64,000 nt of DNA from Podarcis liolepis (taxonomy: Eukaryota): the NCBI GenBank assembly GCA_965112155.1, contig OZ218099.1; one strand, given 5' to 3'. The translations under genes were made by a program, and so were the position numbers. Below, piece after piece: positions 14,448 through 27,055 of the stretch (its first letter is position 1; each line of letters begins with the position of its first letter). The notes beneath the pieces were generated by a model that saw only the letters and a list, made by a program, of their open reading frames with translations, ran no database searches and had not been told where the DNA came from.

Positions 14448-16566
14448 TGATCACTTATCTCTATGGCGCTGTCCCCACTCCAGTGCAAATATGTTTTTCA
14501 ACATTCAAAGCCCAGAGGTTTTGTAAATGCTTATCTGTCCCTGGTAATGTTGCATGCCATACATTCAGTGTTGCAATGTCAATATGTTTGGAAGAGTGTA
14601 CGTGTGAAACAGACGGCTCACTTTTACATGCACCTTTGGCTAGTGGGCTTCCTGTATGGTGCAAGGAATCACATTGAGCCATTGCTCATTGGCAGAACAC
14701 AGGCTTTACGGGCAGAAGGTTCATTCCTTGGCATTTCTACTTAAAGGATGTTAAGAAGCAAGGCTGAGAAATACCTCCATCTGAGACTCTGGAGACCTGA
14801 TGCCTGTTGAAGCAAAGAGTTCCAGTTTAGAAAGGCCAATGAGTCACAAAACATAATTGAATGCAGAGAAGAGCTTATTCATACAGAACAAAATTCAGTG
14901 TATTTTGAACCTATTGCTTCTTCCTCGGGGGACTTTGCATGCAATGAAAATTTATTCTAAGCCAGAAAAGTTGGGCTTGGCTCCACAGTTGGTGGAACAA
15001 TGGTCTGATTTTGTAGAAAGAAGCTTCAGATGTTCGGTTTTAAATGAATGCATGTAAGGTATTATTTGTCATTTAATAATAATTCAGAAAAAACCATACT
15101 TATCGAATGGTAGGCCTGGGGAGGAACCATAGATTGGTGGCAGAGCACATGCAGAAGGGCCAAGCTGGGATCCTTTATTGCCAGCTAAAGGGATTTCTAG
15201 CTAGCAGGACTAGAGTGTACAACTGCCAGAGGCCTTGGAGGACCACTGCCAACCAGTATACGCCATACTGTGCTGGCTTGTGCAGTGGCATTAACACAAT
15301 ATGTACATGAGTACTTCCTCTTCTGCACTGTTGAAGGTTGCAGTGAAGGAACTTATTGGTGATGCTTGCTGGGGAGAAGTCTTAGGCTGCTCTTCTTGTT
15401 TAACACAGTCTCTGCCTAGCCCATCATTCCCCTCCTCATTCCTCCTGCTCTTATTCCCTCTCCATCTCTGCACTGTTCTGCCTTCCCTGTTCTCCTCCAG
15501 CCTCCTTTGGTATCCATATCCTTTGGTGCACTGCAGCCAACAGCTTTTCAGCCCCACTCACTGCTTGACATTTGGCCACGGTGTGGGAGGCTGATTAGTG
15601 TTTCCTCTCCAGGTTGGTGGTCTCTGGACTCATTTGCTGGCATCTCTTCCTTGTTGGCAAAATACCCACAAATAAGGAGAACTCATTGCTTCATTTTACT
15701 GGCTGGGAAAATTCAGCTCTCTGGTCTCTTTTGCTCATACATCCTGCAGGGCCAAAAAGAGCCCGATACAGCCTTGGCCGTTCTATGGAGAGGCCTCCAA
15801 AAACACAAAGCACAGGCTGTGTTTGGCTCTCACTGCTCAGCAGCTGGGTCATATAGGATTCAGAGGTTTGTGTGAGCATTACTAAAAACACCGAGGAATA
15901 ATGTCCCTTTCAGCAAAAGTAACAGACTTTCAAAAGTGTATCCCTCAGTCCTAGAAAACATCCAAGGGGTACCGTATTGAGCTGCATGTTAAAGAATTTG
16001 AAGTCAGCTTGGGTGAAATGTTCAAAAAGTGGAGATCTTACAATCCTATTCTGTATACTGGGCAACCCTGGTTCCATCCAAAGACTCATTCTCTGCCACC
16101 CAAACAAGATAAAAGTGGAAGGTTCTTTAAGTGCCTCTTTTCTCCACAGAATGAAAAGCAACATAGGCACTGATAGGGACGTCTCCTGATGCACCCCAGC
16201 AGCCAACTCCCATACTCACATGCAAGAGAATCCAGCTGTGAAAAGCAGCCTTAAGTCATTTTATGAGGCCGTAGCCTTCCCGTGGGTTGGCCACTTGAGA
16301 ACAGAATGCTGGACTAGGTGGGCCACTGGCCAGAACCAGCAGGGCTGCTCTTATATTTATTGGGGTGGCCCTTGGGATCAAGCTCTATTGGGAGGCTGAT
16401 GGGAAGCACCTGTGGGCTAGACTGAGTTTGCAGACAGTAAGTTATTTATTCCTGTTTTGTAGCATGGACATTTAGTAGTGCTATAAGAGCAATTCATGCA
16501 TTGGTAGGGTGGTTGACTGCAACATATATCACAATTTGAATCTGTATTTCTGCCTTGGGTTTTCAG

Positions 16567-16789
16567 TGCCCAGGAGGGACATTCACACCCTTGATGAAGT
16601 CAACCAAGGACTACCCAGATGAGGTCATCAACTTCATGCGCACTCATCCCATGATGTACAATGGCGTGTACCCCATACACCGCCAGCCACTAGTGGTGAG
16701 GACCAACGTCAACTACAAGTTCACAACTATTGCCGTGGACCAGGTGGATGCAGCTGACGGGCGCTATGAGGTGCTTTTCCTGGGCACAG
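16567..16789 (+). CDS. SEMA3F: Semaphorin-3F coding exon
   Basis: tttcag|...|gtaccc; CPGGTFTPLMKSTKDYPDEVINFMRTHP...DGRYEVLFLGT. Confidence 0.96.
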
Positions 16790-17474
16790 GTACCCACTGA
16801 TGTGCACTGAAGAGAATACACTAACACCTCCCACCCACCAACATTCCCCTAGCCTGGACAAATAGCACTTTGGTTGGTTTGCTGGGACAACCACCTGGGA
16901 CTAGCTTTCTAGGGATATTCAGCTCTGATAAGATTTGGCAGCAAGTTGGAAGATAATGATGGGAACTGGAGAGTCCAGCTTTCAATGTTCCATTCACATG
17001 AGATACGGTTTCAGGAGTGCAGGAGCACATTTGGAATTCCTTTTGGTGCAAGATCTATGCAAAGAGGAGATCTAGGGATTCAGGCTGAGATCCACTTCTT
17101 CCTAAGTCACATTCCAGAACCAAAATTGATTCCTCTTTTCCTATTAATTGGTGCCTACAGACCCATTCCAGATGCGAGGACCAGGTGGTCTCTCGGTACT
17201 GAGCAAATATAAACTCCTGCATGAGCACCTGTGATGTGGAACATATAAGAACTCCCTTGTCATAGACTCTCATCTAGTCCAGCCTCTTGTTTTCAACAAG
17301 AAGCTCTAGCCTTGCCTTTATATCTCTAAGCAAATGAGTGGAAGAAAACCATTTTTTCTTTAGTAGAATCAGCATTCACCCCCCAGCCTTGAGAACAGAT
17401 GGACTCCTCACAAGGTAACATTGATACATGCAGCACATAGTTTTAGCTATGCAGCTTGCTCCTGCAGGAGGCAG

Positions 17475-17757
17475 TGATGGCTATCATCAAGGATGGATTT
17501 AAAAGAGAGACAGATTCATGCAGGATAGGTCTGTTAATGGCTACTAGCCAGGAGGGAGACTATGCTGTGTCTCCATGGCTGGAGGCGATATGTTTCTGAA
17601 TACTAGTTACTGGAAACTGCAGGAGGGGAGAGTGCTCTTGTGCTCAGGTTGTGCTTGCAGGTCTTCTGCAGACACCTGGCTGGCTGCTCTGAGAACAGGA
17701 TGCTGGACTAGATGGAATATTGGTCTGATGCAGCAGGCTCTCCTTATGTTCTTATGA
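17475..17757 (+). mobile_element. Degenerate CR1-type LINE 3' end
   Basis: Ends ...GCTGGACTAGATGG...CTTATGTTCTTATG, a typical CR1-family terminus; smaller related piece at ~16280-16335. Confidence 0.55.
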
Positions 17758-18561
17758 CTCCAGTTCCCACAGGAGGAAGCCATTGTAGGTAACACAGACA
17801 CAGCTGCACTCTTTTCTGCTTCTGTGCAAACTTACTCCATTGAATTGGAATACAGTAGGATTGTTGGTTGAGTAGTTTGAACAAAGAGGCGTACAGATTA
17901 GATGAAGTGATGTGTAACAGTAGAAAAACTAACACAGGGAGAACATGCCTAGCCAACTAATGGTGATAGAAAGCATCTGCACTAGGTCCAGTCTGCTGGA
18001 GGCATGTTACTTGTCTCCCAGCAGGCCAAGGGAGCACAGCCAGCACTCAAAGCAGGTGGTCAGGAATGCTAACGACCCAGAAAGTTCTCATTAGCTGGTA
18101 AATGCTGTGTCTCTGCACAGCTGTTTCATGGCCTACCAAGTTAGCTGCTCAGCACCCAGGCAGCTGTGCACAGTGCTGCCGCCACCTGTTATTGCCTATA
18201 GGGAGTTTCCTCTTTCTTTCTGGTCATAGGTGTAACAAATCTCTAGATCTTGGTTGCTTCCTGTTGCATAAAGAAGCAGATAAAGTTGTGTGATCACAGG
18301 AATTTGTGCAGCATTCAGTTCAAGTTGTAAACAGGGGAGTGACGTGGTGGCCTGGGCAATAGGTGCCTATTTTCATTTTCCTCTCCATCAACATGAACTG
18401 GTATTTTACAAAACTGCATGCTCACCATTCCAAAGAAGGTAGTCTTGAGCTTATTGGTGGAGCAATTCAGAAAGAGCAGAAAGGAATGGTTTGCCATTCT
18501 GTGTTTCAGAGGACATACAGTTATTCCTCAGAAGCACCTATAACTCTGGAGATAGACGAAG

Positions 18562-18563
<2 letters not shown>

Positions 18564-18595
<32 letters not shown>
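18564..18595. repeat. (AC)n microsatellite
   Basis: Direct reading. Confidence 0.95.
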
Positions 18596-18598
<3 letters not shown>

Positions 18599-18728
18599 AA
18601 ACTTTATTCATGTGCAAGTGCAGGACTCTGAACCTTGCTATAAATCTCTTCTTGCCCTCCCCACACAGTGAAATCTATACACAGGGACACTTGTCTCAGA
18701 ACCTAAAATGGCACCTGTGCCTCTAACG

Positions 18729-18865
18729 TAGGGTTGCCATATTTATAGAAGTAAAATTCAAGACACAAATGTTGTTCGGCTTTTTTAAGGAAAATCCCCC
18801 CAGACACTATTTTCGCTGGTTAAATCCTGGACATGTCTGGGAAATTTCAGGCATATGGCAACCCG
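18729..18865. mobile_element. Non-autonomous hAT element (TAGGGTTGCC-type ends)
   Basis: TAGGGTTGCCATAT...ATATGGCAACCC; 8-bp TSD CTCTAACG / CTCTAATG. Confidence 0.78.
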
Positions 18866-19861
18866 CTCTAATGTGAAATGCATCATGTCCTGAAGGCACT
18901 GTCATACACCCACTCTCAAATCCAAACTGGATAGGGCTGTGGTTCAGAGAGGTGCTGGCATGGTCTCTATAAAGTTCATGGGTTTATACTACTGGCACAT
19001 ACTACATGACACTGTGATTGATACATTAGAGGCTAAAAAGTACACAGATGGCACATAAGAGGTTTAAACAGAGAGAGAAGTTTTAGGTAATAATTGAAAG
19101 AAAGGTTGTTTATAACATAAATTAAGTGATTTATTAAATTTCATTCAGGGGTTTTTAAATGCTTATTTTCTTTGGGTGGTATCTGACAGGAGTTAGTTAA
19201 ATGCCATGCTTTTGCTGCAATACTGTTCCCAACTGGGTGCAACACTCATCCTAAGATGGATAAGACATATGGATAAAGCATATGCCTTTCACACTATTTT
19301 TATACACCAGGTGGTCCTGAGGTTTCCGTGTAGTTGTTTTCATTTCCCATTTCTGACAGTACTGAGTTTGTTATGCTCACACTACTATAGACGGAAAATA
19401 CATTTACACTAGCATCTTTACTTTAACTTCATTACTTCAGTTTCCCCTTTTATGTGTTTATATGATATGCTTCTTATGTTTCCTCCCCATGCACACACTC
19501 TCCTCTTAGGACTGTGGGTTGGGGAAATATAAAATATTAATGTGGAATATGCATACATACAAACAGTCAAACAGTTGTAAATTCTTACAAAGCATGTAAG
19601 GTGGCTCCATCACTACAGAAGACTTCCCCAAGGAGGTTCATCCAGCCATTTCTGTTATGGAGAACTTTTGGAGGAGAAGCATAAGACCTGGGCCGCACAC
19701 TCTCACAGGAGCAAGCCACCATCATTTCATAGATCCTGTTTCAAGAGTATCCACAACGTTGATACTAGCATTTCGACAGCAAGATGCATACCAGAAAAAG
19801 GAGGAAGAGCAAAGACCCAAGTGTTGCTAATTCCCTTCTGTGTGCTTCCCTTATATTGCAG

Positions 19862-19950
19862 ATCGTGGCACTGTCCAGAAAGTAATAGTCCTGCCCAAAG
19901 ATGACATGGAAACAGAAGAACTGATGCTTGAAGAGGTGGAAGTGTTCAAG
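19862..19950 (+). CDS. SEMA3F: Semaphorin-3F coding exon
   Basis: ttgcag|...|gtaatt; DRGTVQKVIVLPKDDMETEELMLEEVEVFK. Confidence 0.96.
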
Positions 19951-20487
19951 GTAATTCACTGCACAGCCTACAAAAGACATGATCACTTGCTGTTCATGAA
20001 GCACATGGCTTGGGAATAGGTGTGGTATAGTAGTGAAGAGTGTGAGCAGTGAAGTTCCTTGTTCATATTTCACTCTCAGCTGCAGAACGTGTATGTGGTC
20101 TTAGGCCGACCATTATTCTCTGAGGCTCAGCCCTGCCAGATGCAGTACAGAGCTAATAATTCTGGGCTCCTTTGAAAGGAAGGGTGGGATAGAAGTTCAG
20201 TAATATGAAATAAATAAATACCTTCCTGTAGTGTTGCAAGGATTGTTAGGATAAAATACATCTACCTATATGCTGAGAATTAATTGAAGATGGTGATAGA
20301 ATTGCTCTCACAGGATTGTCACACCACCCCAGCTCCTCAGATGAAAGTGTTTTGTCTTGTAAAACGGTGTTGTCCATTGTGATTCTTAAGTCTTTCCTTT
20401 GTGCTCTCTTTAAACTACTCCAAAGACCTTGGGAGGGCAGCCACCCTCTTAGACCGGATTAATTGCCATAATTTGGTTTCCTCATAG

Positions 20488-20529
20488 GTTCCAGCTCCCA
20501 TCAGGACGATGACCATATCTTCCAAAAGG
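20488..20529 (+). CDS. SEMA3F: Semaphorin-3F 42-nt coding exon
   Basis: catag|...|gtgagt; VPAPIRTMTISSKR. Confidence 0.93.
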
Positions 20530-20891
20530 GTGAGTATATCTAAATGAAGGTTGAACTATGTCTCTCTTATTGGGCTAGATACTAGGCCAGAAATAGCCAT
20601 GGCTCAGGAAACAAAAGAGTATTCTCTGACTGCTTGTCACTGGTACCATTTTTGCAGAACATGGAGCAATGTGGAGTTCCTTCCATTCTAGTCATTCTCC
20701 CATTTCCCTTGAGTATCTGCTGCTACAAGGAGCTCACTCTAGAGGCTGGGAGGTGGGTTGGAATGCAGAACTGTTCTGAATGGTTGCACTTGGGAGGCTT
20801 TTCTGTCCACACTTCCTCAAGAAATCATATCCCTCACTCCATTCCCACCTCCAGTTCACTGTGGGGGCAGAATTACCTATCCTCTCATTGA

Positions 20892-21140
<249 letters not shown>

Positions 21141-21562
21141 TAAAGGGACTTTAAAGAATGACTGTGGGGTCGTTGTTCAAAGCATGTTATTTTCATGAGT
21201 TCTGGGAGTGCCTTACAGGGAATATTCTAGGAAACTAGTTCTATTGATATAAAGTGGAATTCAGAGGTGGGCTAAGGAAGGTTTGCATCATACAGTGTCC
21301 TAGGAGAAATGCAGGAAAAAGTTCTGTTGAATGAATTCTAGGCAGTGCATCTGGGTAATGCTAAAGAGTATGATTGCTCCAAAACATGAAATGGATTTTG
21401 GGCAGGAATTTGAATGTTCCGTAGTTGGCTCAGAATTAATCTAGGATTCACTGGACAAGGGCTGGACAGAAAGACAAAAGGATTATGAATGGCTCATCAT
21501 CTTGCTCCTCGGAAGGACCAAAATTCCAACCACTCACCTGGCTGCTTCTTTCCTTATCACAG

Positions 21563-21630
21563 GCGGAGCAGGCGGCAGGATGTCCGGCATGGCAACCCCA
21601 TCCGTCAGTGTAGAGGCTACAATTCTAATG
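21563..21630 (+). CDS. SEMA3F: Semaphorin-3F coding exon (furin-site region)
   Basis: cacag|...|gtgagt; RSRRQDVRHGNPIRQCRGYNSN; completes KRRSRR across the junction. Confidence 0.95.
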
Positions 21631-22003
21631 GTGAGTGTCATACTCACCCATTGCATGGGGGGGATCAGAAGTAGCATTCTCCTTGGTCTCGTGGTCCCTA
21701 CTCACCTCTCTGCCCCCACAAAAAGAGTGTAGTGAGGGTGTTGAGATGGAAGGTCTGCTTTAAAAAAAACTGGCTGCCCTTCACACCATGATTTTTGATC
21801 AGCAGAGTAGGTGAACAAACTGGTACTTTTGAGTACACAATGTGGTGCGGAATATGGACTTTCTTGGCACATAAAGTTGAGTAGCCATGGATTGAGTGGA
21901 ATAGGAGGGGCCATTTTTTCACTGGATAGGTGGGTGGGTGTCCCTGGGCAAATGAAGGGACATGATTGAAGAATTAGGATCAGTACTATTGTACCTCTTT
22001 GTT

Positions 22004-22159
22004 ATCATAGCATTGTAGAGCTGGAAGGGACCCCAATGGTCATCTGGTCCAACTCCTGCAATGCAGGAATCTCAACTAAAGCATCCATGACAGATGGCCA
22101 TCCAACCTCTGCTTTAAAACATCCAAGGAAGGAGAGTCCACAAGGGAGACTATTCCACT
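22004..22159 (-). mobile_element. CR1 LINE 3' fragment (second family)
   Basis: ATCATAG...GAGCTGGAAGGGACCCC...GGTCATCTGGTCCAAC, reverse complement of a CR1 3' terminus. Confidence 0.7.
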
Positions 22160-22430
22160 TTAGTTCATTTCTTACATAAGTCATCCAACTCAGTCACATA
22201 CCTCAATCACATGGTCAGGCTGCACCCAGAACTGGAACCTGAATGGTCCACATGCTGAATGATGGGTGGCAGATTGGCCAAGTGTGGCTATATAAACTTG
22301 GCAGCAATGAGACTAGCCTCCTTCTGGCAAAGGAGTAGGAGCTTCTTGGAATATATTTTGTCAGGGAATGTATTAGTTGAAATGCGACCCTTGGCAAATC
22401 ATAATCTTGTATCTATGTATCCACCTCCAG

Positions 22431-22564
22431 CCAGCAAGAACACTGTAGAGGCTGTCCAGTATGGAGTGGAGGGAAGCACAGCCTTTCTGGAGTGCCAGCC
22501 TCGCTCCCCTCAGGCCACCATCAAATGGCTGCTCCAGAAGGACAACAGTGACCGAAGGAAAGAG
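22431..22564 (+). CDS. SEMA3F: Semaphorin-3F coding exon (Ig domain start)
   Basis: tccag|...|gtacaa; ASKNTVEAVQYGVEGSTAFLECQPRSPQATIKWLLQKDNSDRRKE. Confidence 0.95.
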
Positions 22565-23642
22565 GTACAAACAGGCAGTCTTGAATTTCCAGAATGGGAT
22601 TTGGAGGAAAAGGGGGGAATGGAGGCCAGAGGGAAGTTAGCATGAAAGCTAGTGGCTTAGCGAGGAGGAGTAACTTGCCTTTTGCTTCTACCGTAAGTTT
22701 TAATAAGTACTAAGACTATCTCTACTTTTCAAGTGGGATTCAGTCAAAAACTGACAGCTTCAGGTAGCACAATTAGAATTGATTTGGTACTTGTGCACAT
22801 CAAACCTGCTTGCAAAAAGCACACAGACCTTTTGCAATAAGGAAAGTGACGTGAAAATAGACTGGAAAGTGTTGGATAACAATTGCTTGATGAAACTTAT
22901 ATAAGCTCCTTGCAAACAAATCAGAATGAATGTTCAAATAAGCTGCAGACAATGCACAAAGAAATCAGGATGATTCCTCAATAAGCAGGTCATCTGGAAG
23001 TGACAGAGAGTTGAGCTGGCCAATCTTTTGTTCTATTTTCATCATGTTAAAAAGCACTTGTTTCTCGGTCCGCTTTCAGCCACCTTGCTGACATTTCATC
23101 TATTTTTCATCCACATCCTGGATACTAGAAGGATCTCTGTGCAGAAGCTCACAAAATAGGTTTTTTAAAGCTCTGAGGAACTGTGGCGCCTGAGCAAGGC
23201 CACTGGAAACAGCCCAGGGAAACACCCATTCCTGTGCTATCTCTGAGCTTATATGACCAAGCTCTTGAAAGCTCCCTGACCCATTTGAGCTAAAGCTAAA
23301 GTTTGTTGATTTACTTTCTGTAAGCCCTTCCTACTCAGCCCATCTGATTGGTAGCAGCCCCAAACCTGCTTCTGTCCAGCCAATAGTTCCATCTGAGCTC
23401 CTGAGAAAAAGGATGGGAAGTTGGATCGTTCATCATGCTTTGCTGTTTGCCAGGACTCAGAAGTCTAGGAATTGCAGAACAGGAAATAATGAGAACTAAG
23501 AAGCTAGGAGGATGAGGGCCAGAAAGCACTCAGGCAATGAATATGCGGCTTGTTTTCCACCCACAGTGTGATCTAATGTATCTCTGCCCAGCAACTCCCA
23601 ACTGTGCTAACAATGCCTCCTCGATGTGTTTCTTTCCATTAG

Positions 23643-24077
23643 CTGCGCACTGAAGGAAGGGTGCTGAGGACAGAGCAGGGGCTGCTGTTGCGGTCCTTGC
23701 AGCTCTCGGATGGGGGCCTCTATTCCTGCACAGCCACAGAGAACAACTTCAAGCACACGGTGGCCAAAGTGCAGCTGCATGTACTGAGCAGTGAAACGGT
23801 CCATGCTGTGCTCTTCCAGTCAGAGGCCCCTGCCCCTTCTGCAGCAGCCATGCGAGCCGGCCTGCCAGGCACTTTCAGCTCCCATTACCATGACCTGGTG
23901 CAGCTGCTCACCCAGCCTGAGATGGGACTCATCAACCAGTACTGCCAGGGCTATTGGCGGCACGTGGCCTCCAACCATAAGGAGACTCTGGCTGGTCTCA
24001 AAGCCAAGGAGCTGCATGATCAGAAAAAGCCTCGAAACCGCAGGAACCATCAGCCAGAGATGGATCAGCACACATGA
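23643..24077 (+). CDS. SEMA3F: Semaphorin-3F last coding exon (Ig domain end, basic C-terminus)
   Basis: attag|; LRTEGRVLRTEQGLLLRSLQLSDGGLYSCTATENNFKH...QKKPRNRRNHQPEMDQHT*. Confidence 0.96.
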   Translation: MRTEGRVLRTEQGLLLRSLQLSDGGLYSCTATENNFKHTVAKVQLHVLSSETVHAVLFQSEAPAPSAAAMRAGLPGTFSSHYHDLVQLLTQPEMGLINQYCQGYWRHVASNHKETLAGLKAKELHDQKKPRNRRNHQPEMDQHT

Positions 24078-27055
24078 AACTTACAAGGGACTATGAAATG
24101 ACAGTGCTATATTTCCCCCCTCCATTTTAATATTAAAATATCTATAAATATATATATAAATATATATATATATACACACACACACAAAAACACGCCCTGC
24201 TCCCCCTCAAGACAATATTTATTTGTAGGTTGTACATAATATGTGGGTGATGCAGTCTCACCTCAGTGTGTGGCAGCAAGGAGTTTGGAGGCGTCCCGCT
24301 GGCAGCTTGCTCTTCCTTTCCCCTTTTATCTGCGGTACTGTAAAATAGCTGACACTCTGGAGGATCTCAGTGGGACATGGCAGTCTTGTGTGGAATCTGT
24401 GGGTCCAGAATGTTGGAGCCGAAGCCTTCAAGACTGGATCATCATGGGCAAGCCTGAGAATGTTGTGCTACTGTCACTGAAAACATTTCTACCTGGTTAA
24501 AAAGGAGAGGAAAATGTCTGTTGTCAGACGCTAAGCATACCTACCCTGAAGTGTATAAAAGCCTCTGCTACACCTACAAAGACTTGAGCACTTTCTTCTC
24601 CTCTGTACATTTCTCTGCCTCAAAGCATATTCTGGCAGGACACTCTTGCGTGTAAAGTACAATGGAGGCTTCATGTCTTGAGGAGCCTGAATCATTTAAG
24701 GCAGGAGGAAGTGCTTCACCGAGGGATGTCCATGCATGGTTCCATGCAGTGCTCCTACTGCTTTCAGAAGCAAGTTAATCCCATCAATAGGAACAATGTT
24801 ATGATTTGATAATGATTCAGCTTGTGCTGTTTGGCTGATGATCTGCAAGAGATATTGTCTGTGAAAGTTGTGGTACAACCAAAAGAGCTGTTGGGAAGGT
24901 GGATATGGCTATTCTCATAGGCACCTGGCTTTTTTGAGCTAGTTTACTTGATGGATGTGAAGGCCTCATCCAAGTGGGCTATGCCAGGGAGACGTAATGT
25001 ATATATGAACCAAAGCTACTCTCCCATAGTGCATGTGTCAGAGACTTCCAAGGCCAAAGACAGCATGGGATTGGAGGTGGCAGAGAGGGTTAGGCATAAG
25101 CTGTATAGCTATCAGGACACAGGGCTTCTGCTCAGCTGGCCAGTGCAGCAATCGGCATCCAACCTGGTTATTTATTATTATTTAAATAATATTAATTTGC
25201 CCGCTAGGAATTCAGTTCCTTGGTTTGATAACACCAGTCTACCCAGCCACACAATGTGGAAGTTGGAAAGTCTGCTCCTGAGTATTCCCATCAGGATTCC
25301 TGTGGAATTGCCATCAGTCCACATGAGCAACTTCGATGCGCTCCAGGTTGGGTGGAGCATCCTTTGCAAAAAGAGAGAAACGTCGAACTAAGAGTGATCT
25401 TTCTGCTTAATTTCAAGATGGATTCCACATATCATGGGCTAAGTAAGGACTAGTAAACATTCAGTGCATGCAGTATCCCCCATGACAGAGATCATTACCT
25501 ACCTACCTCCCACCATTTTGTTCTGAGATAAACAATGGTGAGCATAGAACAGCAGTAGTAACAACCACACTGCTCAAAAATGAAGTCAAGAAGGCAATTG
25601 TATTACTAAGATGGGCTTCAGGATTTATGGGTGTAATTGGGAATGTGACCAATAATTGTTCTAGGAATTAATCCCATGTAAAAAAACTAAAAAAACAAAC
25701 AAACAAAAAAACAGAGGGAGAGGTTGAGTCTTCCATCAGGGCAAGGTTTTCTGCATGTGCAATGAAGCATTCTCTCCCTCTCGCTCCCCCTCCCCTAAAT
25801 CTGTTCTAGGAACTCCCCCAGCCCTCTGGGACAGATTTGAGGAAGGCATGGGGCAGACACAGGGGAAGGAGAAGAGGGAAAGTCCTGTTGCGTACACAGA
25901 AATCCTTGTGGGGATAGGATACGGTAGTTGAATACAAACCAGAGCCAGGGGACAATGAGAGAACTGAGAACCACAGGAGAAAAAATTGAATCCACAGGAG
26001 GGGTGCGGGCAGGGCAGAGTTCTGTGCACAGATAATATAATTTGGGCACCTTGGGAGTTCATTAATATGATCTGGCATGCAGAGAAGATGAATATGATAA
26101 AACATATAATCAGGTCTTAACCTGAGCCAGACTTGGTCAACCCATGAACCTATTTTGAAAGCCAGGAATATGAAAGGGTAGAACAGAGTATCTCTGAGCA
26201 TGGGCAGAATGCGTGTTCCTCACCACTGAGTATCTATGCCCAGAACTGGAAAGGGCTCCTGGGTCAAAGGGTGACTGAGAAAGGCTTGAGCCCACCTCAG
26301 CTTGTCTGGTTATAACAAAATCTATTGAATGACCTTTTTCTGCCTCCCCCTTCATTTTTTTTAAAAAAGGCATTGGCATTTCCTAAATGTGTGGCTGTGC
26401 CTTCCACCTTAGGTTTTGCTATTGCAGAGGGTTTAGTTCTCTTGTTTCTTGGGTGCCTCTTCAGACTGGTCTGGTTATGGCTTTTAGGTTCAGTGCCTCC
26501 AAAGAATTAGAATCAAATTCTGAGTTTGGCTTAATCCACGTCACTAATGCCTGTGGAATTACACCGATTTACATCTGCTAGATATCAGCACTTGGATCTT
26601 CCATTGTAGTGACCTGTTCGCTGATGCAAGGAACAGGTCTGCTCTGCCGCAGAGATTGCAGTCATGGAGGGTAGACTTCTCACTTCTGTCTGCAGAGTAG
26701 AGGACAGTCTCGATGGAGTAGACCAGAAGCCTGCACTGTGTTTTCTTTGGTCTCTGGTGCTGTACCTCCTGCTGTTAACAAAGAGAGCTCACCATTCACC
26801 TGAGCCTAAGCCCACTTCATTTGTACACACAAAATCCTTGCAGGCACCCCCCCCTTTCCTTTGCAATCTGAGTAATGCGCGTGTACTTTCTCTTGTAAAT
26901 AGTTGTAAATCAAAAATGTAACAAAAACTGGGGATCTGGAGATTTTGATTAGTAGCTCCTTGTGATGAATTCAAGCACAGAGCCATTTCGCACCTGTAAT
27001 GTGAAATTCCTGTGGATAGAACAAGCTAATAAACACTGGCTTTGTTTTTGAAAAC
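24078..27055 (+). other. SEMA3F: Putative SEMA3F 3'UTR (~3 kb)
   Basis: AT-rich block after the stop, TGTAHATA motifs at 24231 and 26894, AATAAA at 27028; 3' end inferred. Confidence 0.55.
27028..27033 (+). terminator. Candidate polyadenylation signal for SEMA3F
   Basis: AATAAA preceded by TGTA elements and followed by a GT/T-rich tract (tttgtttttg). Confidence 0.6.
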
